Below are positions 42,316-52,005 of a stretch of DNA of 63,751 nt, in pieces. Every line of letters begins with the position of its first letter. The stretch's first letter is position 1. The translations under genes were made by a program, and so were the position numbers. Source of the stretch: Phycisphaerae bacterium (GTDB lineage: Bacteria > Planctomycetota > Phycisphaerae > WQYP01). Location: NCBI GenBank assembly GCA_049965755.1, contig JBMFVY010000004.1, forward strand, positions 1 through 63,751. Reading direction: 5' to 3'. Under the pieces are notes generated by a model. That model did not search any database. It was given only the letters and a program-made list of their open reading frames with translations, and had not been told where the DNA came from.

Positions 42316-43287
42316 TCAAAAGTAAACTTCAGGATTGACGCAATGAGGCGGACGCGTGCCTTGCAAAGCGGCAATGAGATTTTCTGCCGCCATCAAAGCC
42401 ATTTTAGACCGAGTTTCCCTGGTAGCACTTCCGACATGCGGTAGAAGCACGGTATTGGGCATGTCCGCCAGACCGGGTGTAAGGCACGGCTCGTCTTCGT
42501 AAACATCGAGCCCGCAGCCGGCAATTATTTTTTTCTGCAGTGCTTCGAGCAGAGCTTTTTCATCTACCACAGGCCCCCGCGAGGTATTTATTAGAAATGC
42601 ACTGGGTTTCATCATAGCAAGCTGTGCTGTGCCAATCAGATGGCGGGTTTCCGCAGTCAGAGGTGCGTGGATGGAGACGAAATCGGCTTGCTGCAGAAGC
42701 TCCGGGAGTTTCACCAGCCTGGCTCCACAGGCACGCTCAAAATCAGGCTTCGGCCGTCGCGAAGTGTAGAGGATCGGCATATCAAAACCGCTCGCCATTT
42801 GCGCCACACGCATGCCGATACGGCCGGCTCCGACAATACCCAGTATTTTGCCGGTAACCGGTGATCCGAGAAAATCCATCGGCTCCCATCCGTGCCAGCG
42901 CTTCTCCCGAACCATCCGGTCCCCCTCTACCACTCGCCTGGCGACCGCGAGAATCAATGCCATGGCCAATTCTGCCGTCGCGTCGGTGAGGACATCGGGC
43001 GTGTGGCCGACACCGATTCGCCTGCGGGTGCATTCGGCGATATCAATATGATTGAATTCAACACTGAAAGTGCTCACGGCTGTGAGATGCTCCAGCTGAT
43101 CCAGGATGGCTTTTGTGATTGATTCGCTTGGAGTCACCAGAATGCCCTGACAGTCTGCGGCGCCGGCAATAATCTCTTCCGCGGGAATCGATCCGATTTC
43201 CCTGCCGATGCGGACATCGCCGAAGGCTCTCAGCAGTGATAATCCGGAATCCGGAATGAGTTTGGCCACAAAGATAGATGGTTTCAT
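42316..43287 (-). CDS. D-isomer-specific 2-hydroxyacid dehydrogenase (glyoxylate/hydroxypyruvate reductase-like)
   Basis: NAD site GIVGAGRIGMRVA; catalytic region NTSRGPVVDE...LLPHVGSAT. Confidence 0.85.
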   Translation of the reverse strand: MKPSIFVAKLIPDSGLSLLRAFGDVRIGREIGSIPAEEIIAGAADCQGILVTPSESITKAILDQLEHLTAVSTFSVEFNHIDIAECTRRRIGVGHTPDVLTDATAELAMALILAVARRVVEGDRMVREKRWHGWEPMDFLGSPVTGKILGIVGAGRIGMRVAQMASGFDMPILYTSRRPKPDFERACGARLVKLPELLQQADFVSIHAPLTAETRHLIGTAQLAMMKPSAFLINTSRGPVVDEKALLEALQKKIIAGCGLDVYEDEPCLTPGLADMPNTVLLPHVGSATRETRSKMALMAAENLIAALQGTRPPHCVNPEVYF

Positions 43288-44429
43288 GTCAACTGTCTCA
43301 CTATGCGGGTCCCCAAACCGGTCGCGATCTCGTAACTGATCGTTCGCAGTATCTTAGCAAGATGATCCATGGAAATGTCAGACCGCGGGTCTGAACTTAT
43401 CAGCGTAGCGGTATCACCTTCATGTACATTACCGTCGGTAACATCGACTACGATTTGATCCATGCTCACTCGCCCCACAACAGGGTAGGAGTGGCGATCA
43501 ATTTCCACGACAGCGCTTCCGCCCAACTCTCTCCGATAACCATCACCGTAACCGACGGGAATAATGGCCAGCCGTGACGGCCGTGCCGTGACAAATTGAT
43601 GGCCATAGCCGACACCGGTACCGGCGGAACGCTTGTGAACGGCCAAAATCGGAGCTCTCAATTCCGCGACCGGCTGGAGCGCATCATTGGGATAATCCAA
43701 GCTGGGCTGAAGGCCGTAGAGCCCGATGCCGAGGCGCACCAGATCAACATCGACCGGCAGTTTTCGATATGTTCCGCCGGAATTATGGATGTGCACTAAA
43801 ATGCCCTGTGATCGCAGCGGCTGAACCAATCTGTGGAACAAGGTGTATTGCCTGGCGGTGATATCGCTGTCGGGCATTTCGCCATGTGAAAAATGGGCAA
43901 ATACACCACGCAATTCAACTCGCGGCAGGTTCGAAATTGCCGCAAGCAGCTTGGGTAGAACCTCCGCCGTACAACCCTGGCGCGTCAGCCCGACATCAAT
44001 CTGCACATGAACCTGTATGCGACGGCCCATGGTTTGAGCCAGCGAATTTAATCGCTCGGCGTCACGAATACTTTGAATTGTCAGATATAACTTTTTATCG
44101 ACATCTAGAGCCAGGATTTGCCTCCACACGTCGGGAATTTCCGCCGGGGATATATCTTTTGAAAAGCTGAGGGGACAAAGCACATGCACATTCATGGATG
44201 GAGCTTTCCCAAGCACCATCCATGCCTCATGGACGGAAAAGACGCTGCACCATCGGATATTATTTTCCATGAGCAGTTCAACAATCTGTGGCAAACCGTG
44301 ACCGTAGGCATTGGCTTTTACTACGGCTGATATCTCGGCCTTCGGCGGAAGCAAGCTGCGATAAAAGGCGACATTATGTGCAAAGCTTGCACGGGATATG
44401 ATCAATGTTCCGCAATCGTCGAGCATCAA
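43284..44429 (-). CDS. alr: alanine racemase
   Basis: PLP-lysine motif AVVKANAYGHG; C-terminal VGRVSMDQIVVD. 4-nt overlaps with both neighbouring genes. Confidence 0.9.
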   Translation of the reverse strand: MMLDDCGTLIISRASFAHNVAFYRSLLPPKAEISAVVKANAYGHGLPQIVELLMENNIRWCSVFSVHEAWMVLGKAPSMNVHVLCPLSFSKDISPAEIPDVWRQILALDVDKKLYLTIQSIRDAERLNSLAQTMGRRIQVHVQIDVGLTRQGCTAEVLPKLLAAISNLPRVELRGVFAHFSHGEMPDSDITARQYTLFHRLVQPLRSQGILVHIHNSGGTYRKLPVDVDLVRLGIGLYGLQPSLDYPNDALQPVAELRAPILAVHKRSAGTGVGYGHQFVTARPSRLAIIPVGYGDGYRRELGGSAVVEIDRHSYPVVGRVSMDQIVVDVTDGNVHEGDTATLISSDPRSDISMDHLAKILRTISYEIATGLGTRIVRQLT

Positions 44430-45523
44430 CGGTGCGCCTCCGGCCAGGGCATGGATGCTCTCATAAGTCGGTCGGCCAGTACGCGAGCCATGCCCGAGAG
44501 CCGCGGAATGACGTCGTTGATCTCAGAAGCATCGCCACTGCGAATGGAGAGTTGGCGTGTCCCGGGCAATTCAATCAGAATCGCCGAAATATCATCCCGG
44601 TCGAGCGACCGCATCGCCCGATAAAGTTCACCGGCAGCATGATATAAATCTTCCGGGAGCATGATCCACGACGCATTGTCCGGCGTCCGCGGCAGCGGAC
44701 CAAAACTGATAACACCCGGGCGGCCTGAACGGGTAAGCCGTGACCCCAACATTGATTCCAGATGTGCGACATCGGAGCGCATGAACAGATGCGTCGGGCG
44801 GTGCGGTGCGTAGTGCCGACTCAAAAGGCCGGGGCTTGGAAGCGGTTGCTCACTGCCCTGCGCGACGTGATGTCGAACCGGAGTGGATATACCCGCGAGG
44901 CCAAGCGCTCCCTGGATATCTTCTGCGGTGATGATACCGGGACGATAAATAACGGGTTGCTCGTCCTCAAACCCCACTACTGTGGATTCAATGCCGACAG
45001 CACACGACCCTCCGTCAACGATCAATTTAATACGGCCGCGCAGGTCTGTCAGAACATGCTCGGCAGTCGTGGGTGAAACATGCCCGGAAGTGTTGGCGCT
45101 GGGGGCTGCCAGTGGTCGCTCGGATTTTTCCAATATGGTACGCATAATGGGGTGTGCCGGGACGCGAATACCCACGGTGGGTAGACCGGCGGATACCGCC
45201 GGGGCAAGTTTTTCGGCACTCGGCAGGATGAGCGTAAGTGGGCCGGGCCAAAATGCAGATGCCAAGATACGCGCAGATTTCGGCCAGGAGCCGGTCAAAT
45301 GAGCCGCGTGAGCTGCGGATAAAACGTGCGTGATCAGGGGGTTATTTGCCGGGCGATTTTTCGCCTGAAAAATTTTTACCACCGCATCTTGGTTTTGGGC
45401 ATCAGCCGCCAGTCCATAGACCGTTTCCGTTGGGACGGCTACTACCTCGCCGCGCTGCAGATACAGCGCCGCCATATCGATAGCGTCAGGGCCGCCGGCA
45501 ATCTGTGTTTCGCCGATCACCAT
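44426..45523 (-). CDS. tsaC: L-threonylcarbamoyladenylate synthase, long Sua5-type
   Basis: YrdC-domain motif VAVPTETVYGLAADA and SANTSG, plus a C-terminal Sua5 extension. Confidence 0.9.
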   Translation of the reverse strand: MVIGETQIAGGPDAIDMAALYLQRGEVVAVPTETVYGLAADAQNQDAVVKIFQAKNRPANNPLITHVLSAAHAAHLTGSWPKSARILASAFWPGPLTLILPSAEKLAPAVSAGLPTVGIRVPAHPIMRTILEKSERPLAAPSANTSGHVSPTTAEHVLTDLRGRIKLIVDGGSCAVGIESTVVGFEDEQPVIYRPGIITAEDIQGALGLAGISTPVRHHVAQGSEQPLPSPGLLSRHYAPHRPTHLFMRSDVAHLESMLGSRLTRSGRPGVISFGPLPRTPDNASWIMLPEDLYHAAGELYRAMRSLDRDDISAILIELPGTRQLSIRSGDASEINDVIPRLSGMARVLADRLMRASMPWPEAHR

Positions 45524-46299
45524 CCGACAATGTTATAACCGCCATCGACGTAAATGGTTTCACCTGTAACGCCGGATGACAAATCGCTGCACAGATATAG
45601 AGCGGTTCGCCCGACGTGATCGGCTGCGTCATCAGCATTCCATTTGAGCGGAGCTTTTTCTGTATAGTGAACCATCATTTTATCAATGTCGCCGATTCCG
45701 CGTGCTGCCATGGTTTTGATGGCGCCGGCGCTGATGGCATTTACGCGAATCTGCTTTTCGTGACGTCCGAGTTCTGCCGCCAGATACCGGACTGAACATT
45801 CCAGCGCCGCTTTGGCCACGGCCATGACGTTATACATGGGGATGAATTTTTCCGCGCCGAGATAACTCATGGTGATGATCGACCCGCCCGGATTCATGAT
45901 CGGAAGAGCCTCGCGAGCCAGCGCCACGAGCGAATAAGCACTGATATCCAAAGCGGTATTCCACGCCGCCCGACTTGTCTTCAGAAAAGGATTATGGAGC
46001 GCCTCCGCCGGTGCAAATGCAAGCGAGTGCACCAGATAATCAAACGTGCCGAATACCTCCCTGGCCTTGGCAAAAGCTGTGGCGATATCCTCATCTTTGC
46101 TTACGTCGCACGGGGCCAGGAATGCGGGCTTGAAAGGCTCGACCGCCTTGACCACACGACGTTCAATCTTTTCACCCGGAAGATGCGAAAACGCGAGTTG
46201 GCACCCCGCCTGATGAAGTTGCTGGGAAATGTGCCAACCGATAGAGTATTCATTGAGCACGCCGAAAACAAATGCCTTTTTTCCTGAGAGCATGGACAT
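45517..46299 (-). CDS. fabI: enoyl-[acyl-carrier-protein] reductase (NADH), FabI
   Basis: GKKAFVFGVLNEYSIGW N-terminus; catalytic Tyr/Lys context YNVMAVAKAALE; SDR fold length. Confidence 0.9.
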   Translation of the reverse strand: MSMLSGKKAFVFGVLNEYSIGWHISQQLHQAGCQLAFSHLPGEKIERRVVKAVEPFKPAFLAPCDVSKDEDIATAFAKAREVFGTFDYLVHSLAFAPAEALHNPFLKTSRAAWNTALDISAYSLVALAREALPIMNPGGSIITMSYLGAEKFIPMYNVMAVAKAALECSVRYLAAELGRHEKQIRVNAISAGAIKTMAARGIGDIDKMMVHYTEKAPLKWNADDAADHVGRTALYLCSDLSSGVTGETIYVDGGYNIVGW

Positions 46300-46380
46300 G
46301 TTTTAATTTTCCTTTTGATTAATATCTGATGAACACATACCGATGTGCCGCCCCGATGGAGCCCGGCACATGAAGCTTTT

Positions 46381-47085
46381 TCAACGGGGATAATCGCCTC
46401 GCAGATTGGCGATCGTTCCTTTGCGATCCGATGATCGAAACACAGCCGCCCCGGCCACGAGAACATCCGCCCCGGCTTCAAGCGCGTCGTGGGCGGTGCG
46501 AATGGAGATTCCGCCGTCAATCTCCAACCTCTGTTTGGGCTCCAGCCGATTGCGGAACCACCGCACTTTTTCCAGCACGTCTGAAATAAAGGTCTGGCCG
46601 GTAAAGCCGGGGTGAACACTCATGATGAGCACCACATCAACCTGACTGAGCAACGCATCGACCGCCTCAACCGGCGTTTCGGGATTAAGGGCAACGCCCG
46701 CCGTGACTCCGCCATCATGAATACGATCGATCAAATCCAAGGCACCGAATTCTTTCAATCCGGGCGCTTCAATATGAAACGTAAGGTTGCCTGCACCGGC
46801 GTCGAGGAACGGTTTTACAAAATCCTGCGGATGTTCCACCATCAGATGGACATCCTGCATCAGCGTGGCTGCCCGTCCGATCGCCTGAACCATATCCGGT
46901 CCCATCGTGAGATTGGGGACGAAATGTCCGTCCATGATGTCAACGTGGAACAGATCCGCGCCGCAACGCTCGGCATCCATGATCTCCTCCGCAATTCGGC
47001 CGAAATCAGCCGCCAATACCGATGGTGCAACCAGCGGCAGGTGCGGAGGTTTGAGAAACACGTTGTTCTTCATGCGCAGGTTCAA
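46381..47085 (-). CDS. rpe: ribulose-phosphate 3-epimerase
   Basis: APSVLAADF, HVDIMDGHFVPN, MSVHPGFTGQ. The start could also be ATG 47073. Confidence 0.9.
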   Translation of the reverse strand: MNLRMKNNVFLKPPHLPLVAPSVLAADFGRIAEEIMDAERCGADLFHVDIMDGHFVPNLTMGPDMVQAIGRAATLMQDVHLMVEHPQDFVKPFLDAGAGNLTFHIEAPGLKEFGALDLIDRIHDGGVTAGVALNPETPVEAVDALLSQVDVVLIMSVHPGFTGQTFISDVLEKVRWFRNRLEPKQRLEIDGGISIRTAHDALEAGADVLVAGAAVFRSSDRKGTIANLRGDYPR

Positions 47086-47091
47086 TCCAAA

Positions 47092-48282
47092 TCAGACGTT
47101 ATCCAGCAGATCGATACAGGCAAATCCTTTACCTTCCAAAAATTCGAGACTGGCGCCGCCGCCCGTTGACACATGGGATACCTTATCCGCAAGCCCAAAT
47201 TCCTCAATGGCCGCCGCAGAGTCCCCGCCGCCAATGATGGTGGTCGCCCCATGGGCGGTGATACCTGCCATGGCTTCGGCTACCACCCGGGTACCATTTT
47301 GAAAAGGTTTTTTCTCAAAGACACCCATCGGCCCGTTCCAGACGACGGTACGTGCGGTGGAAATCAATTTGGCGTAATGCTGTGCGGTGGCGGGGCCGAT
47401 ATCAAAGCCTTCCATATCGTCGGGAATATCGCCGACGACCACGCGGGTCTGCGCCTGATCGGTCATTTCCCCGGCCACGACCGTATCGGTGGGGAGAATC
47501 AGCTTGCCGCCCGCCTTTTTCAGCAGCGACCCGGCGAGTGGTGCTTTATCTTTTTCGCAGAGCGATTTGCCCACTTTTTTTCCCTGCGAAAGGAAAAACG
47601 TATAGGCCATCGCCCCACCGATTAATACATAATCCGCCTTGGAGAGAAGGTTTTCAATAACGGCAATTTTATCCGATACCTTGGCCCCGCCGAGAATGGC
47701 GATGAACGGCCGGTGGGGATGATCGAGCGAATCGCCCAGAAATTTTAATTCTTTTTCAATAAGCAATCCGATCACGCGTTGCCCCGGCCCGAGTTTTTCC
47801 GGCACGCCGTAAGTGGAGGCGTGCTGCCGATGGGCAGTACCGAAGGCGTCATTGACATACAAGTCGCCGAGGGCCGCCAATTGACCGGCAAATTCAGGAT
47901 CGTTCTTTTCCTCACCCTTATGAAAGCGGGTATTTTCAAGCACCAGCACATCACCGGGTTTCAGGGCGGCAACCATGTTGCGTACCTGGTCCCCGATGCA
48001 ATCCGGCGCCAGCTTTACCGGTTTGCCGAGGAGTTTGGCCAGTTGCTCGGCCGCCGGTTTGAGCGAATATTTAGGTTCCGGGCCTCCCTTGGGCCGCCCG
48101 AGGTGGCTCATCAGGATGGCAATGCCGCCCCGATCGATGATGTTTCGGATCGTCGGAAGGGCGGCGACGATCCGCCGGTCATCGGTGATCTTAAGCTGTT
48201 CATCCAGTGGAACATTAAAGTCAACACGTACCAGAACTTTTTTACCGTTTACCGCCAAGAATGTCACTGTTTTTTTTGCCAT
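47092..48282 (-). CDS. pgk: phosphoglycerate kinase
   Basis: [32 protein letters not shown]. Start set at MAKKTV (48282); the track ORF runs to 48309. Confidence 0.95.
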   Translation of the reverse strand: MAKKTVTFLAVNGKKVLVRVDFNVPLDEQLKITDDRRIVAALPTIRNIIDRGGIAILMSHLGRPKGGPEPKYSLKPAAEQLAKLLGKPVKLAPDCIGDQVRNMVAALKPGDVLVLENTRFHKGEEKNDPEFAGQLAALGDLYVNDAFGTAHRQHASTYGVPEKLGPGQRVIGLLIEKELKFLGDSLDHPHRPFIAILGGAKVSDKIAVIENLLSKADYVLIGGAMAYTFFLSQGKKVGKSLCEKDKAPLAGSLLKKAGGKLILPTDTVVAGEMTDQAQTRVVVGDIPDDMEGFDIGPATAQHYAKLISTARTVVWNGPMGVFEKKPFQNGTRVVAEAMAGITAHGATTIIGGGDSAAAIEEFGLADKVSHVSTGGGASLEFLEGKGFACIDLLDNV

Positions 48283-48512
48283 GAGAATTGATGATCCCTT
48301 CCCGATCAAAAGCGTTCATTTTCCCAAAACCGCGGATCAAGGCCCCGGCCCGATTCCGGCTATGCTAGATAATCCTCCGTGTACGGTCAAGGCAAACGAT
48401 TTTACAGGTGGTGAATTTTCCAGGGCGGCCGTGTGATTTGGTTTGATGTGCGCGGGAATGCAGCAGCGACCATGGGGCCATCCAGCGCGGGCTTTTTTTT
48501 TGAGGTGAATGA

Positions 48513-49445
48513 ATGGTTGAGACGACGGGTTGCAATCCGGCCAGAGGCAACGGCACAGGCTGCGAAGATCCGATACTTCCGGATAGCCTCGTGATGTACC
48601 TTGATCTCTTGGGGTTCGGCCGCACAACACAGCGGCATCCCGATGCCGCGCGGCTGGATCTGCACGGATTGAACGAAATCATACGGCAGTGGCTCGGCGG
48701 CCCGGATTGCACTGCGGTGGAATATGCCCTGCCGATGAGCGACTCTTATTTCTTCGTGGCCAAGCCCGGCAGGGAGCTGTGCTTCCTGTCCAAAATGGCG
48801 CTGGCCATGAGAGAATGTTTGCTGTGGAGTTATCCAAAAGACGGCAGCGAGACTATTGGCCTCAAAGGCGATCGAAAAACCGATGCCTCCATGGACAAGG
48901 CGGCCCCACAGGTCCGTATTCTGCCGCGCGGCGGCTTGGCTCGCGGTAAAGTGCAGGTCATTCCACGAGCTCTAGGCGTATGGGATGGCAGAGGATTCAC
49001 CACCCGTAATCTCCTCGGCGCGGCCGTAACGGCGGCGGCTTGGTTGGAAAAGAGCGACAAGGGGCCGAGAATTTTCTGCGAAAAGGGCCTTGCCTGTTCC
49101 CTCCCCGAGGAGTGCAGGCATTTGTTTACGGCGCCGGACGCCAAGCAGTGCGAATTCCTCTGGCCGCTCGCTTATTTTCGAATGTTCGACGACGGTCCGG
49201 AACTCTTTGCCAATGGACAATTCGGCGAGCTTTGGAGCCGCGCGATGGAATTGTTCAGGGACGCCGAGCTGGGATCGCTTGATCATTATGGAGAATTGCT
49301 TCGAGTAATCATTATTTCCGCCGAGCAATGGGCTGAGCGTGGCGTGCCCGACAAAAAGGCGGCTCCACTCGGCGCCGCCTCCAGTATCATTTCTCAGAGC
49401 AATCCCCCGAAGTTCGTGCTCGACATGGTCAAAGCTTGGAAATGA
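48513..49445 (+). CDS. hypothetical protein with divergent class-III nucleotidyl-cyclase (palm-fold)-like N-terminal domain
   Basis: GAGGTG (48502-48507) lies 5 nt before ATG. Ordered look-alikes of cyclase-homology-domain motifs: LVMYLDLLGFGR, LPMSDSYFFVAK, RILPRGGLARGKVQV, LLGAAVTAAAWLEKSDKGPRIFCEKG. Confidence refers to the ORF being real; the fold assignment is weaker (~0.35). Confidence 0.65.
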   Translation: MVETTGCNPARGNGTGCEDPILPDSLVMYLDLLGFGRTTQRHPDAARLDLHGLNEIIRQWLGGPDCTAVEYALPMSDSYFFVAKPGRELCFLSKMALAMRECLLWSYPKDGSETIGLKGDRKTDASMDKAAPQVRILPRGGLARGKVQVIPRALGVWDGRGFTTRNLLGAAVTAAAWLEKSDKGPRIFCEKGLACSLPEECRHLFTAPDAKQCEFLWPLAYFRMFDDGPELFANGQFGELWSRAMELFRDAELGSLDHYGELLRVIIISAEQWAERGVPDKKAAPLGAASSIISQSNPPKFVLDMVKAWK

Positions 49446-49556
49446 TCCAGCGGCGCCACTTGGCCCCGAACGCCTGCCCAGCGGTGGGCGCGATGCCCTA
49501 AACTGCACCCAATCTTCCCCCGGCCTACGGCCTTCCTTTTTTTCCGGTACTCAGGG

Positions 49557-50597
49557 ATGCGGCGGCCGCCACCGCGCGGTAAAATCCCAAGTATGCTGAC
49601 GAATCTCGAAAAAATACGAGCCCCACGGAACCGGACGCTGACCTGCAATCCGGTCGAGCAGAATGCCCTCGGATCATCGCTGCAGCGGCTTACCGCGCCA
49701 GCACCCATCGAAGCAGTCACAAACGCCATTATTAACCAGGATTGTGAGTCGGCCCTGCCTTATCTGCCGACTGGCTTTGTTGATCTGCTGCTACTTGATC
49801 CACCCTATAACCTGACAAAGAATTTTCACGGGCACGTATTTCGCGAACAGAATGCGACGGAGTACAGGCGGTGGTTTGAGAAGGTGCTGAAAATGATACT
49901 GCCCTCCCTTAAGCCAGACGCAACCGTCTATGTATGCAGCGACTGGCACACGTCGGCAGTTATTTTTCCGGTACTTGATGAGCATTTTCTTGTCCGGAAC
50001 CGCATCACATGGGAGCGTGAAAAGGGCCGCGGGGCTAAATCGAATTGGAAAAACAACAGCGAGGATATCTGGTTTTGTACGGTTGGTGATGTTTATCACT
50101 TCGACGTCGAGGCGGTGAAGCTGAAGCGCCGTGTTCTGGCACCGTATCGGAAAGACGGCGGTGAGCCGAAGGATTGGTTTGAGACGGAGGACGGCAATTA
50201 CCGCCTCACGCATCCGTCGAACCTGTGGACCGATATCACGGTTCCTTTCTGGTCGATGCCGGAAAACACCGATCACCCGACGCAGAAGCCGGAGAAGCTG
50301 ATAGCAAAACTGGTCTTGGCAAGCTGCGCAGAGAACGGCTTCGTACTGGACCCATTCCTCGGAAGTGGAACAACGGCGGTGGTGGCAAAGAAACTGCACC
50401 GCCGTTTCTGCGGAATTGAGCTAAACGCGGAGTATTGCTGCTGGGCAGCCAAGCGGCTCCAGCTTGCTGTGCAGGACCCATCGATCCAAGGTTATTCTGA
50501 GGGTGTTTTCTGGGAGCGTAACACCGCCACGCAACAGGTGTCGGCGAGGCAGAGCCAACCCCTGAGTCAACCGCAAGGCGGGCTGTTTGATGAATAA
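49557..50597 (+). CDS. site-specific DNA amino-methyltransferase, beta class (N6-adenine or N4-cytosine)
   Basis: Motif IV LLLDPPYNL lies N-terminal to motif I VLDPFLGSGTTAVVA, which is the beta-class order. Alternative start at ATG 49593. Confidence 0.9.
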   Translation: MRRPPPRGKIPSMLTNLEKIRAPRNRTLTCNPVEQNALGSSLQRLTAPAPIEAVTNAIINQDCESALPYLPTGFVDLLLLDPPYNLTKNFHGHVFREQNATEYRRWFEKVLKMILPSLKPDATVYVCSDWHTSAVIFPVLDEHFLVRNRITWEREKGRGAKSNWKNNSEDIWFCTVGDVYHFDVEAVKLKRRVLAPYRKDGGEPKDWFETEDGNYRLTHPSNLWTDITVPFWSMPENTDHPTQKPEKLIAKLVLASCAENGFVLDPFLGSGTTAVVAKKLHRRFCGIELNAEYCCWAAKRLQLAVQDPSIQGYSEGVFWERNTATQQVSARQSQPLSQPQGGLFDE

Positions 50598-50724
50598 GAC
50601 GGTGGAGCGATTCCTGGCACTTCTCCGGGCAAACGATGGTATCAACAACAAAGCCCGGCTACAGAAAATCATCCAAAAGCAATGCAAACTGACGCTCGAC
50701 AGAAGTGTGTGTTACTAAGATGCC

Positions 50725-51747
50725 TTGGCTGTACGATTCAGTGCGTCAAAGACGCCCCACTTCAGTAATACCGTTCTTTCGCTTTCAAATCTGCGGAAAT
50801 ATGACCATCAGCCTTTTTTCGTATGTGTTGTTACCCAGAGCAAAAATTACTGTTTTCTCGCAAATTCCACGTTTCTAAAAAAGATCAGCCACAGCTCGCA
50901 TCTGCTCAGGGCCGACAATATCCGCGGAAGTTTTAACGGATCAGACATCATCAGGGAGTTTGAGGGGATACCAAACGAGCCGTCAAATTTCGACCGCCTT
51001 TTCCAAATTCATGCTGCAGTGGGCTTTGATGGGAATTTGCCCCGTCTGGTCGAGGCCACAAACAACATTTCCCCGTCGGGAGCAAGATTTTCCCCCGATG
51101 GCCGGGGCAGGATAAATATTCTTGCGGCTCCGCGCCGTGCCGTACAGTTTGTCGGTTCTCAAGATTTTAGAGTGCTAAAAACGGAGCTGGACGCGAGGGT
51201 TGAGCGGTACAAAACTTATATTGTCCTCGCAGCGCTGATCGAGAATGTAAACGTCCGGGGACGGGTCATCGAGTACCTTATTGCCGGTGAGTCCGAACAG
51301 CTCGTCCATGACATAGTTGTCGCATTGGAGGCTGGCAATGTGGGAATGCCTGCTTTCCGTACCCATAATACCTTGGGCGATTATTCACGGTCGTTCAATG
51401 GGTTTGATACCAAGACGGACATCAAAACCAAGGTAATGGTGCTTTCTTCGAACCCTAAGGCATACAACCTCGACAAGATGCTCGAATACCTCAGCCATGA
51501 ACGATCCGTATTTCTGATCTATCTGATCGGAGTAAAGCCCGGAACAATTGTAAACACGGTTTTGGTGTCAATTTTTCAGCGGCAACTGCTGAAGGCGACG
51601 ATATTGCTGAAACACTGGTTCGGCCGAAATTCGCTCGGGGTTACACAATTTGAAGGCCGGGCGCTCAACCAACTTATCACGAATCCAGAGCAAGATATCG
51701 ACGAGAGCAAAGCTGTCGCGTTTCTTGAAAAGGTTATCGGGCTGTAA
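50725..51747 (+). CDS. putative PD-(D/E)XK restriction endonuclease partner, apparently N-terminally disrupted
   Basis: Track ORF, starting at TTG. It is in frame with a 42-codon ATG-initiated ORF (50590-50718) that overlaps the methyltransferase stop and ends in TAA. Candidate nuclease signature LGD-x12-DIK (HNTLGDYSRSFNGFDTKTDIKTK). Visibly AT-richer than its neighbours. Confidence 0.5.
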   Translation: MAVRFSASKTPHFSNTVLSLSNLRKYDHQPFFVCVVTQSKNYCFLANSTFLKKISHSSHLLRADNIRGSFNGSDIIREFEGIPNEPSNFDRLFQIHAAVGFDGNLPRLVEATNNISPSGARFSPDGRGRINILAAPRRAVQFVGSQDFRVLKTELDARVERYKTYIVLAALIENVNVRGRVIEYLIAGESEQLVHDIVVALEAGNVGMPAFRTHNTLGDYSRSFNGFDTKTDIKTKVMVLSSNPKAYNLDKMLEYLSHERSVFLIYLIGVKPGTIVNTVLVSIFQRQLLKATILLKHWFGRNSLGVTQFEGRALNQLITNPEQDIDESKAVAFLEKVIGL

Positions 51748-52005
51748 GCTCCAGCTTGGGTTTTACCCCTCATATGCTCTACAGGTTCGCCGCCTGAGCG
51801 GCGACTCCAATAACAGCATGATAGCCCTTGGGGACCGAAAACGCCAGTCATGAAAGTGCCAAAATTGACGCACACACTCCAGACATTTCGGGTCATTTTA
51901 TGGGGTTTTCTCAAACCATTGGGGGCAGGAAAGGCACCCTTGATGGAGGGCCCGAACCGCATGAAAACGCTTTAGAATCAATGGTTTTTGGCGATTCGGC
52001 AGCAC

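Noticed and set aside
46343-46371. 8-bp hairpin ATGTGCCG-13 nt-CGGCACAT between rpe and fabI
   Set aside because: It has a large loop and no T tract on the transcribed (minus) strand. It could be an mRNA-processing or stability element, but I cannot support a terminator call.
46101-46619. 172-aa minus-strand ORF bridging fabI and rpe
   Set aside because: It is out of frame with two clearly identified genes and crosses their intergenic hairpin.
48326-48336. aaaaccgcgga near pgk resembles aaaactccgcggg at the tRNA-Asn 3' flank (possible att repeat)
   Set aside because: Only ~11 nt with an indel. That is too short and imperfect to distinguish from chance, and no integrase is present.
48972-49508. 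178-aa minus-strand ORF opposite the cyclase-like gene
   Set aside because: The plus-strand frame has a good SD and an ordered motif pattern. The minus frame is Arg/Gly/Pro-rich shadow sequence.
49791-50399. 202-aa minus-strand ORF
   Set aside because: Antisense to the methyltransferase, which has clear DPPY and FxGxG motifs.
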